Shown here piece by piece: positions 56,683 through 64,000 of a DNA stretch of 64,000 bases. Source of the stretch: Bdellovibrionales bacterium (lineage in GTDB: Bacteria; Bdellovibrionota; Bdellovibrionia; Bdellovibrionales; UBA1609); assembly GCA_965203095.1 (NCBI GenBank), contig OZ241877.1, positions 1,623,642-1,687,641 of the forward strand. Reading direction: 5' to 3'. The position numbers and the translations under genes are program-made. Position 1 is the first letter of the stretch; each line of letters starts with the position of its first letter. Under the pieces are notes generated by a model, which worked only from the letters and a program-made list of their open reading frames with translations, was not told where the DNA came from and searched no databases.

Positions 56683-56709
56683 TTTATTTTCCCGGCCATC
56701 CTGCTATAA
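56683..56709 (+). promoter_or_regulatory. promoter box of the PRP cassette
   Basis: TTTATTTT-CCCGGCCATC-CTGCTATAA, 9 nt before ATG 56719. Confidence 0.35.
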
Positions 56710-56718
56710 CCCTACACA

Positions 56719-57216
56719 ATGAAAATACTATTGAGCCTTATTCTTTTAATAAGCTTGCCGGCTTTTGCTAACTGCCGGAATGTTTTTGAGCCTGATTTAG
56801 AACCCGATAAAAAACAGGTAGAGCTGATTAAAAAAATCAGACAAGGGAAAAAAAACTTGGCAAGGGCGAACTTGAGAGAGGCGAAATTGGCGGGAGCGGA
56901 CTTGATATTGGCAAAATTGACAGGGGCAGACTTGAGAAAGGCAGACTTGTCAGAGGCGAAATTGTCAGGGGCGAAATTGGAGAGGGCGATCTTGCAAGGG
57001 GCGAACTTAGAAAGGGCGAGATTGTATGGGGCGAACTTGACAAGGGCAGACTTGACAGAGGCCGACTTGCAAGGGGCGAACTTGGAAAGGGCGATCTTGA
57101 CAGAGGTTAAATTGACAGGGGCGGACTTGAAAGGGGCTTTTATAGACTCAAAATATCGTGACATGATTATGGACAGCGGAGCATTAAACACAGACAAGAT
57201 TAACTGGGTGGATTGA
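56719..57216 (+). CDS. secreted pentapeptide-repeat protein
   Basis: Signal peptide MKILLSLILLISLPAFAN, then about 20 pentapeptides (ANLREAKLAGADLILAKLTGADLRKADLSEAKLSGAKLERAILQGANLERARLYGANL...). Confidence 0.8.
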   Translation: MKILLSLILLISLPAFANCRNVFEPDLEPDKKQVELIKKIRQGKKNLARANLREAKLAGADLILAKLTGADLRKADLSEAKLSGAKLERAILQGANLERARLYGANLTRADLTEADLQGANLERAILTEVKLTGADLKGAFIDSKYRDMIMDSGALNTDKINWVD

Positions 57217-57261
57217 GCTTTTGCCCTTTGTGTGAAAAATTTATAAAAGACGATATTTTGG

Positions 57262-57281
57262 ATTCTTGCTTTCGCAGGAAA
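57262..57281. repeat. ATTC-N-GGAA palindrome copy
   Basis: ATTCTTGC-TTTC-GCAGGAAA. Confidence 0.55.
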
Positions 57282-57318
57282 GATGGGCTGAGCTTTTTCA
57301 TTGGCGAATAAATTAAGC

Positions 57319-58323
57319 TCACTTATAATATTTCAGGATTTTGTTCAGGTCTTTATTTTGTAGGCGAATGTCCTGTTCTTTATAGTCTATCAGATTTTGC
57401 TCAATTCCAGTTTTTTTAAAAAAATTTGCCTGCTCTCTATAATAAATTAAGCCCGTTGCCAGCTCTTTGTTTTTAGTTGAGTTTTCTAAAATTTGCTGAG
57501 CTTTCTCTTTATTTGTAGGATCATGATCTTTTATTTTTAAAAGTGAAATATTTCCACCATTAGGTAAAGGAATTTTTTGCTTTACTCCTTCTTTTATTTC
57601 TGTTTCCATCGCGGGGCTTTCAACAATAATGTCTATTTCATGTAAGGGTGATTTTTTCTCCTTCATTGAGCTAAAGCTATGGGGGAAATCCTTTTCGTTT
57701 CCATAAGCGACACAGGGGGAAATCACATCGATAAAGGCAAAGCCCTCATAGAGCAGAGCCAGCTTTAAAAGTTGTGTGAGTTGTTTGTTGTCCCCACTAA
57801 AAGATCGAGCTATAAAACCACAACCAGCGGAGAGGGCCAGCAGGCAGAGGTTCATAGCTTGAAAGGGATTTTCCTTATTTCGCTTTGAGGAACTGCCTTT
57901 TTCCGCAGTGGTTGAAAACTGCCCCTTAGTCAAACCATAAACCCCGTTATTCTCCACAATATAGATTATAGGGATGTTTTTTCTCACAGTATGCAAAAAG
58001 CCACTAAGGCCAATACTTCCAGTGTCCCCATCACCGGATATGCCTAACACTTTGAGCTTTCGATTAGCGATTTTAACCCCTGTAGCCACAGAGGGCATTC
58101 GCCCATGGATGGTATTGAACCCACGGGCCTGTTTTAAAAAATAATTAGGTGTTTTTGAAGAGCAACCAATCCCTGAAATCTTGGCTATTTGAAAAGGAGG
58201 GACAGAGCTTTCATAAAAAGCCTTCACAATGTGACGGCTTATTTGATCGTGCCCACAACCTAAGCAAAGAGTGGAGGGAACAGCCCCTTCATATTGTTTT
58301 TTATCAAAAATTTTGCTATCCAT
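57319..58323 (-). CDS. korB: 2-oxoacid:ferredoxin oxidoreductase beta (TPP-binding) subunit
   Basis: CLGCGHDQI, ISGDGDTGSIG and VENNGVYGLTKGQ are motifs of the KorB/OorB family. Confidence 0.8.
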   Translation of the reverse strand: MDSKIFDKKQYEGAVPSTLCLGCGHDQISRHIVKAFYESSVPPFQIAKISGIGCSSKTPNYFLKQARGFNTIHGRMPSVATGVKIANRKLKVLGISGDGDTGSIGLSGFLHTVRKNIPIIYIVENNGVYGLTKGQFSTTAEKGSSSKRNKENPFQAMNLCLLALSAGCGFIARSFSGDNKQLTQLLKLALLYEGFAFIDVISPCVAYGNEKDFPHSFSSMKEKKSPLHEIDIIVESPAMETEIKEGVKQKIPLPNGGNISLLKIKDHDPTNKEKAQQILENSTKNKELATGLIYYREQANFFKKTGIEQNLIDYKEQDIRLQNKDLNKILKYYK

Positions 58324-58525
58324 TACTTTTTATGAAGATGTTTCAAGAACCGCTCGTCAAGAGCCTAAAACCAAGCCCTCCCTGTGTCAAGATTTGATGG
58401 CTATGTTTATCTTTATTAAGGTTTTGACTATTTTTGAAAGTTATGTTTTTATAGGCTCAAACTCTATGGGGCTTTCTTAAGGCAAAAGGAGATTGCCATT
58501 TTGTGGGCCATAAGGTGATATATCT

Positions 58526-59437
58526 ATGATTTTTCATCCTGTAAATATTCAAAAGCAAAGGCAACAGTTAAGAAGCCAGCTGAGTTCCTCCTGTCTTCGT
58601 TTTGTAGGGAGTTTTTCCCCTCTGATTTCCCGCCTGATTGAGAAAAAGGCTTTTGATGGCATTTATATCTCTGGAGCTGTGATCAGTAGCTTCCATGGCT
58701 TTCCGGATACTGGCCTTATCGACTTATCCCAGTTGGCTCGTTTTGCAGGGGGGCTGATATCCTGCTCCTCTCTTCCCTCCCTTGCGGATGCGGACACTGG
58801 TTTTGGTTCTGCTCTGTCTTGTGCCCGTGCGGTTTATGAGTTAGAGAAAAGAGGGCTTTCGGGCCTTCATATAGAGGATCAGGTTTGCCCTAAAAGATGT
58901 GGCCATTTGGACAAAAAAAAACTCATTCCCACAAAGGAAATGGTCTTAAAGATCCAGTCCGCAGTGAGGGCACGGCAGGATAAAAATTTTTTAATTATTG
59001 CCCGAACAGACGCCAGAGGGGTGGAGGGCTTAAACTCAGCTGTCGATCGGGCTAAGGAGTATGTGTTGGCGGGAGCGGATATGATCTTCCCAGAGGCTTT
59101 GCAATCGGTAGGGGAGTTTGAAAAGTTTCGCTCAGAGCTTTCTATCCCCCTTATAGCCAATATGACAGAGTTTGGTAAAACAGAAATCATCCCTTACTCT
59201 GTTTTTAAAAAGATGGCTTATAATATAGTCATCTATCCAGTGAGTTTGTGGAGACTTAGCCTTAAGGCTGTAGATGAGGGCTTAAGCCTTTTGGCTGAAG
59301 ATCGCCAAAAAGATCTTTTGCCCAAAATGCAGACCCGGAAAGAGCTTTACAATCTCTTAGAATATTCAGCTTACAACCAGTTTGACAAAGAGCTTTTTAA
59401 CTTTTCTAATAACGAGGAGAAAGGCCCGAAACCTTAA
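58526..59437 (+). CDS. prpB: isocitrate lyase/PEP mutase superfamily enzyme, methylisocitrate lyase-like
   Basis: LADADTGFG, GLHIEDQVCPKRCGHLDKKKLIP, IIARTDA. Confidence 0.65.
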   Translation: MIFHPVNIQKQRQQLRSQLSSSCLRFVGSFSPLISRLIEKKAFDGIYISGAVISSFHGFPDTGLIDLSQLARFAGGLISCSSLPSLADADTGFGSALSCARAVYELEKRGLSGLHIEDQVCPKRCGHLDKKKLIPTKEMVLKIQSAVRARQDKNFLIIARTDARGVEGLNSAVDRAKEYVLAGADMIFPEALQSVGEFEKFRSELSIPLIANMTEFGKTEIIPYSVFKKMAYNIVIYPVSLWRLSLKAVDEGLSLLAEDRQKDLLPKMQTRKELYNLLEYSAYNQFDKELFNFSNNEEKGPKP

Positions 59438-59501
59438 AGGCGATCATGTGCAAAAGATCTACTCATAAAAACCGGAAAGCCCGTTTTTTTACGGAGGATG
59501 A

Positions 59502-60572
59502 ATGATGACATATTACCATCAGCTGGATCCTTATTTAATTCATTTTTTTGGGAATTGGGGTATCCGCTGGTATTCATTGGCTTATATTTTTGGTGTTATA
59601 GTCGCTTATTTTGCCGGATATTATCTTGTCCGAAAAGGGAGAATCTCAGTAAATCCCTCTAAAATTTCGGACATTATCTTTTTTGGAGCTATAGGGGCTG
59701 TTGTAGGAGGGCGACTGGGCTATTGTGCTTTTTATAACACCGATCTTTTTTTGTCTTTTGACCCGGCCTTTCCCTATTGGGGGGCACTCAAAGTCTATCA
59801 AGGGGGAATGTCCAGCCACGGGGGTATTATAGGGCTTTTGCTCTCTCAAATTTTATATAGCTATCGTCATAAACTGAATGTTTTTTCCTTAATGGATTGG
59901 GCCACAGTGGCTGGCTCCGTTGGAATCTTTTTTGGCAGAATAGCCAACTTCATAAACGGAGAGCTTTATGGCCGTGTTGTGGAAGGCTCAACTTGGTTGG
60001 CTGTTCGTTTCCCAACTGAACTTTATTTATGGGCCTATCAGCCGGACCTCTATAAAAAACAGTTGCTTTCCCTTAAAACTTTGTTGCCCTCTCTCTCCTC
60101 AGTGTCGACTTCTACAGCTAAAATACCTACGGCCTCTGTATGGGAGGAATGGGTTTCTAAAGCAGTTAATGGAGATTTGGTTTATGAGGGTTATATCTCT
60201 TATGTTTGTCGGTTAATTGTTCAAAACTCAGGGCAGGCTGAAATAAGAGCTGTTTTAGAGCCTTTACTCTTCCTTCGCTATCCCTCTCAACTCTATCAGG
60301 CATTGTTGGGGGGGCTGGCCACTTTTTTAATTGTTTGTATTTTCTGGCTAAAAGCCAGAAAGGCGGGTTTAGTGAGCTTGGTTTGGATTAGCAGTTATCT
60401 CATATTTCGCATAATAACAGAGTTTTACAGGCAACCCGACCCTCAAACTGGTTTTCAATTTTTTCAGCTCAGCCAAGGGCAGTGGTTGAGTATTTGTCTT
60501 TTTCTAATCGTGGCTTTGTATGGTTATTTTATTTACAAAAGCCAACCTATAGGTTTTAAAAGGGCAAATTAA
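59502..60572 (+). CDS. lgt: phosphatidylglycerol:prolipoprotein diacylglyceryl transferase
   Basis: IRWYSLAYIFG, GGRLGY, MSSHGGIIG, GRIANFINGELYGR, RYPSQLYQA. 356 aa with a periplasmic insert. Confidence 0.9.
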   Translation: MMTYYHQLDPYLIHFFGNWGIRWYSLAYIFGVIVAYFAGYYLVRKGRISVNPSKISDIIFFGAIGAVVGGRLGYCAFYNTDLFLSFDPAFPYWGALKVYQGGMSSHGGIIGLLLSQILYSYRHKLNVFSLMDWATVAGSVGIFFGRIANFINGELYGRVVEGSTWLAVRFPTELYLWAYQPDLYKKQLLSLKTLLPSLSSVSTSTAKIPTASVWEEWVSKAVNGDLVYEGYISYVCRLIVQNSGQAEIRAVLEPLLFLRYPSQLYQALLGGLATFLIVCIFWLKARKAGLVSLVWISSYLIFRIITEFYRQPDPQTGFQFFQLSQGQWLSICLFLIVALYGYFIYKSQPIGFKRAN

Positions 60573-60683
60573 CAGCTGAAACTTTATGGCTATCTTCTTA
60601 CAAAAGAGGATATGGACAAAAATAACAAAGCCCTAACAGTTGGAGACTTTATGGACCTCCCCTTAAATATGATCTCTCTCGGT

Positions 60684-62375
60684 CTATTTCATTTCAGTTT
60701 TTAAATCAGAAGGGATAGCCTCTATCAGTTTACGGGTGTAAGGGTTTTTAGGGTTTTTGTAAATTTCATCCGGATCATTATATTCCACAATTTGGCCATT
60801 TTGCATAACGGCGATTTTATCAGAAATAAATTTTACCACAGATAAATCATGAGAGATAAAAATATAAGTCAAACTCATTTTGTCTTGAAGATCTTTTAAG
60901 AGGTTTAAAATTTGTGCCTGTATGGAGACATCTAAGGAAGAAACCGACTCATCACATATAATAAATTCCGGCTGAACAGCAATGGCACGAGCAATGCAAA
61001 CCCTTTGCCTTTGCCCACCAGAAAATTCATGAGGGTAGCGGTTGGTCATGTTTTTGTTTAAACCCACTTGCTCCATAAGGGATTCCACTTTGTCCATCCT
61101 CTGTTTTTTGTCGGAATAGAGCTTATGGATAATCATCGGTTCCATAATAGAGGCTCCCACAGTCATTCTGGGGTTTAAAGAGGCGTAAGGATCTTGAAAA
61201 ATAATCTGCATCTTCCTTCTCATAGCTTTGAGCTTTTTCGAATCCAACTGAAGAATATCTGTTTTATTGTATAAAATTTGCCCTTCGGAGGCTTGGATAA
61301 GACGCAAAATAGTTCGGCCCAAAGTGGTTTTGCCACAACCGGATTCCCCAACTAAACCCAAAGTGCTGGCTTTGTGGACTTCAAAGGAGACATTATCCAC
61401 CGCTTTTATGTAGGAGAGGCTTTTTCCAAAAAAAGATTTTTTTAAAGGGAAATATTTTTTTAAGCCTTTAACTTCCAGCAAAGCTTCTCCGGTGAAATCT
61501 TTTTGGACTTTTAGCGGAAGGTTTTGGAGGATTTTAGTTTTCCCTGTCAAAAAGTCGTTCACTGTGGGCAGGCGAGCTAAGTTTTTGTTCAGTTTGGGCC
61601 GGCAGGCAATTAAACCTTGAGTATAAGCCTTTTGAGGTTTTTTAAAAACATCTTCAGTGGGGCCGGCCTCCACGATTTTTCCCTCACGCATGACTACAAT
61701 CTTTTGAGCAATTTCAGCAATAAGAGCTAAGTCATGAGAGATAAACAGGACAGACATTTTCATCTTTTCTTGAAGATTTTGGATAAGCTCGATGATTTGT
61801 TTTTGAATGGTCACATCTAAGGCTGTGGTCGGCTCATCAGCAATAAGAAGATCGGGCTGGCAAGCTATGGCCATGGCAATCATCACCCTTTGCCTTTGCC
61901 CGCCACTCATCTCATGCGGGTAAGATTGTGCCCGGCGGGAGGGTTGGGATATTCCCACTTGATCTAACAGATCAATAGTTTTTTCCCGGGCTTCTTTTTT
62001 GTTTTTGTTTTGGTGCAAAATTAAAGCCTCATCAATTTGATAGCCCACGGTGAAAACAGGATTCAGGCTGGTCATAGGCTCTTGAAAAATCATAGAGATC
62101 TGATTGCCTCTCACTTGACGCATTTGCTTTTCAGAGAGTTGGAGCAGGTCCTTCCCTTTAAATAGGATTTGCCCTTGGCTAATATCCCCCGGCGGTTGAG
62201 GGATGAGCCTTATAATGCTTAATGCAGTCACACTTTTCCCCGATCCCGATTCGCCCACCACCCCTAAGGCCTCTCCTTTTGTAATATCAAGGGACACTCC
62301 TCTTAGAGCTTTAACAAAAAGCTCTTTTGTTTTAAATTCTACTTGAAGATTTTTTATTGATAGAAAAGCAGACAT
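60684..62375 (-). CDS. fused (duplicated) Dpp/Opp-type ABC transporter ATP-binding protein
   Basis: Two cassettes: [24 protein letters not shown] and [24 protein letters not shown]. Confidence 0.9.
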   Translation of the reverse strand: MSAFLSIKNLQVEFKTKELFVKALRGVSLDITKGEALGVVGESGSGKSVTALSIIRLIPQPPGDISQGQILFKGKDLLQLSEKQMRQVRGNQISMIFQEPMTSLNPVFTVGYQIDEALILHQNKNKKEAREKTIDLLDQVGISQPSRRAQSYPHEMSGGQRQRVMIAMAIACQPDLLIADEPTTALDVTIQKQIIELIQNLQEKMKMSVLFISHDLALIAEIAQKIVVMREGKIVEAGPTEDVFKKPQKAYTQGLIACRPKLNKNLARLPTVNDFLTGKTKILQNLPLKVQKDFTGEALLEVKGLKKYFPLKKSFFGKSLSYIKAVDNVSFEVHKASTLGLVGESGCGKTTLGRTILRLIQASEGQILYNKTDILQLDSKKLKAMRRKMQIIFQDPYASLNPRMTVGASIMEPMIIHKLYSDKKQRMDKVESLMEQVGLNKNMTNRYPHEFSGGQRQRVCIARAIAVQPEFIICDESVSSLDVSIQAQILNLLKDLQDKMSLTYIFISHDLSVVKFISDKIAVMQNGQIVEYNDPDEIYKNPKNPYTRKLIEAIPSDLKTEMK

Positions 62376-62428
62376 AATAGCAGTTTACTGTGCTGTGTAG
62401 GGCTATGTCCAGCCTTTTTTGCACTAAA

Positions 62429-63559
62429 CTAAGGCATTTTCAGCTCTTTGCAAAATAATTCAAACGGCAGGACCCTCACCCCTCCCTTTTCATAATTTTT
62501 ATTTTTTTGATGAACTTGATAAAAGCCAGGGATATTTGTCCTCTCTTTAAAGTAGCGAATAGAAGGGGAAACTTGGGAGTCTCCTGACTTGCACTCCACA
62601 GCAAAGACAGGTTTTTTGTTTTTAAGAAGAACAAAATCCACTTCCCTTTTGTCTGTATCTCTAAGAAATCTCAGGTCCCATTTCTCTCCTTCAGTATCTT
62701 CTTTAAAGTGACAATATTTGAGCAGTTGGCTCGCCACTAAGTTTTCAAATCTCGGCCCTTCTTTTTCAATAGAAGTCCAGTTGTAAAGGTAAAGCTTTTT
62801 TTCTTTTTTGACGGCACGAATGCGAGGCGGACCAAAAGGCAAAATGCGAAAGCAAACAAAAAGGCTTTCTAAAATACAGATCCATCTTTCCACGGTTTCG
62901 TGAGAAACTTCTAAATCCTCTTTTAAGTTTTTGATCGATAGGGGAGAGCCTACTCTTTCTGGCAAGGCTGACACAAGAGTTTCTAAAATGTCTAATTCCT
63001 TGACTCTTTCTAAGTCACGAACATCCTCTCGAACAAGCCCATCCGCTCTTTCTTTTTGCCATCTCATGTAGATTTTTTTTGATCCAGCAAAAAGAGGTTC
63101 TGGAAAACCGCTCAAGTTTAGAAGATCCTTCAAGTCTTTTTTTGTGGGACGAGGGTTTAACTCTCTGAGAGAAAAGGGGTGCATGCGGTAAGAAAAGTAA
63201 CGACCCTGAAGGGAATCACCCCCGCGACTATAATGTTTTAAGCTACCTGAGCCTGTGATGAGGAAGTGCCTTTTTGATTTTTCTTTATCGTAAAGCCCCT
63301 TCAATAAATTTCTCCAGCGAGAGTATTTATGCAGTTCGTCAAATAGCAAAATTTTTTCATTAGGGGGCAGTTGTTCGGCCAGTATTCTTTTTCTGTCCTT
63401 TTTAGAATCCCAATTTAAGTAGGTGGGATGGCTCTCCGAGCCTTTTTTTAAAAAGCTTAAGGAAAAGGTGGTTTTGCCCACTTGACGGGGGCCGGAAAGG
63501 AAAACCATCTTCTTTTTTAAATCTTTTTTAATGGTTTTTTTAAGGTATCTTTCACTCAT
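62429..63559 (-). CDS. AAA-family ATPase of the COG1373 type (AAA_14 + DUF4143-like)
   Basis: Walker A GPRQVGKTT, Walker B ILLFDELH. C-terminal region with ...REVDFVL...AVECK (nuclease-like fold is typical of this family). Confidence 0.75.
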   Translation of the reverse strand: MSERYLKKTIKKDLKKKMVFLSGPRQVGKTTFSLSFLKKGSESHPTYLNWDSKKDRKRILAEQLPPNEKILLFDELHKYSRWRNLLKGLYDKEKSKRHFLITGSGSLKHYSRGGDSLQGRYFSYRMHPFSLRELNPRPTKKDLKDLLNLSGFPEPLFAGSKKIYMRWQKERADGLVREDVRDLERVKELDILETLVSALPERVGSPLSIKNLKEDLEVSHETVERWICILESLFVCFRILPFGPPRIRAVKKEKKLYLYNWTSIEKEGPRFENLVASQLLKYCHFKEDTEGEKWDLRFLRDTDKREVDFVLLKNKKPVFAVECKSGDSQVSPSIRYFKERTNIPGFYQVHQKNKNYEKGGVRVLPFELFCKELKMP

Positions 63560-63623
63560 AAGTATATAAATACTATCATAGTCCTATGTGAAAAAGCAAG
63601 TCATCCCGCAAATGCTCAGTAAA

Positions 63624-63708
63624 ACAGACCTGATTTTATCCATGAGTAAAGTCAGATGGACCTGATTTTACTCACGAGTAAAGTAAGATGGACCTAATTT
63701 TACTCATG
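63624..63708. repeat. about 2.7 tandem copies of a 32-nt unit, each containing a TTTACTC-N2-GAGTAAA palindrome
   Basis: ACAGACCTGATTTTATCCATGAGTAAAGTC / AGATGGACCTGATTTTACTCACGAGTAAAGTA / AGATGGACCTAATTTTACTCATG. Located 65-150 nt upstream of the ATPase start. Confidence 0.8.
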
Positions 63709-63711
63709 TTG

Positions 63712-64000
63712 GTTTTTGCTTATACGATAGTAAGGGCAGAAGCTTTTCACAGGCAATTCTTTAGGTTCTTTGCCCAAAGCCACAGCATTTCGGGACGGCA
63801 ATACCTTGGACCCTCATGCTGTGGCTTTGGGCAAAAGCAGATAGACAGTCATTCCCGTGAAAACGGGAATCCATTTTGGACTTTAACCATGAAAAAAGTC
63901 TATATTTAATAGATCGCATAAGCAAAAGACCATTCTTTTTCAGGACAATAATACCTTAGACCCTCACCGTTGGTTTTTGCTTATGCGATAAAGAACAAGA
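63712..64000. repeat. cluster of nested/adjacent MITE-family and palindrome repeats reaching the window end
   Basis: GCTTTTCACAGG...TTTGCCCAAAGCCACAGCATTTCGGGACGGCAATACCTTGGACCCTCATGCTGTGGCTTTGGGCAAA, ATTCCCGT-GAAA-ACGGGAAT (63851-63870), then ATCGCATAAGCAAAAGACC...AATACCTTAGACCCTCAC...GGTTTTTGCTTATGCGAT. Confidence 0.7.

Noticed and set aside
63624-63708. Possibility that the tandem 32-nt units are a CRISPR array
   Set aside because: The units are directly adjacent with no unique spacers, there are only about 2.7 copies, and there are no cas genes in the window.
1-64000. Search for rRNA genes, prophage structural or integrase genes, toxin-antitoxin pairs with recognisable domains, and riboswitch-like leaders
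   Set aside because: I could support none from the sequence. The only RNA gene I could fold confidently is tRNA-Gly at 40735-40811.

Overview
This is a 64-kb chromosomal window from a low-GC diderm bacterium. Hand counts on single 60-nt lines range from about 28% to 47% G+C. I cannot place the organism taxonomically from sequence alone. The backbone is housekeeping: alaS (5' part, absent from the ORF track because it runs off the window), topA, astB, guaA, trmD-rplS, lnt, rpsL-rpsG, dapD, cutA, tyrS, cysS, a full Alternative Complex III cluster (actABCDE..F), valS, a DppC-like permease, tRNA-Gly(GCC), sufBCD, polA, maf, clpB, bioD, korB-like, prpB-like, lgt and a fused Dpp/Opp-type ABC ATPase. 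Four kinds of accessory material are interleaved. (i) An island at about 18.0-24.8 kb holds a NYN-type nuclease-like gene, a small ORF plus SDH/ClpP-fold serine protease operon, a frameshifted pentapeptide-repeat gene and an MmeI-like type IIG R-M gene. An IS630-family insertion replaces the last 3 codons of the R-M gene. The protease block is bracketed by direct repeats that duplicate the R-M gene start. (ii) An AT-rich two-gene module (gamma-class m6A methyltransferase plus a 250-aa protein with no recognisable motif) sits between actE and actF, joined by ATGA stop/start overlaps. (iii) Secreted pentapeptide-repeat, ankyrin-repeat and small membrane proteins share a conserved promoter box and signal-peptide cassettes, with recombined copies flanking an Rpn-type nuclease gene. 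(iv) Two dispersed repeat families are present: hairpin MITE-like elements with CGTGAAAAA termini, and ATTCC-N-GGAAT palindromes, one of which lies in-frame inside alaS. No rRNA, CRISPR array or prophage was recognised. The best candidates for an undescribed system are (ii) and the small-ORF/SDH-protease/NYN neighbourhood in (i). Both are inferences that need structure or HMM searches and experiments.
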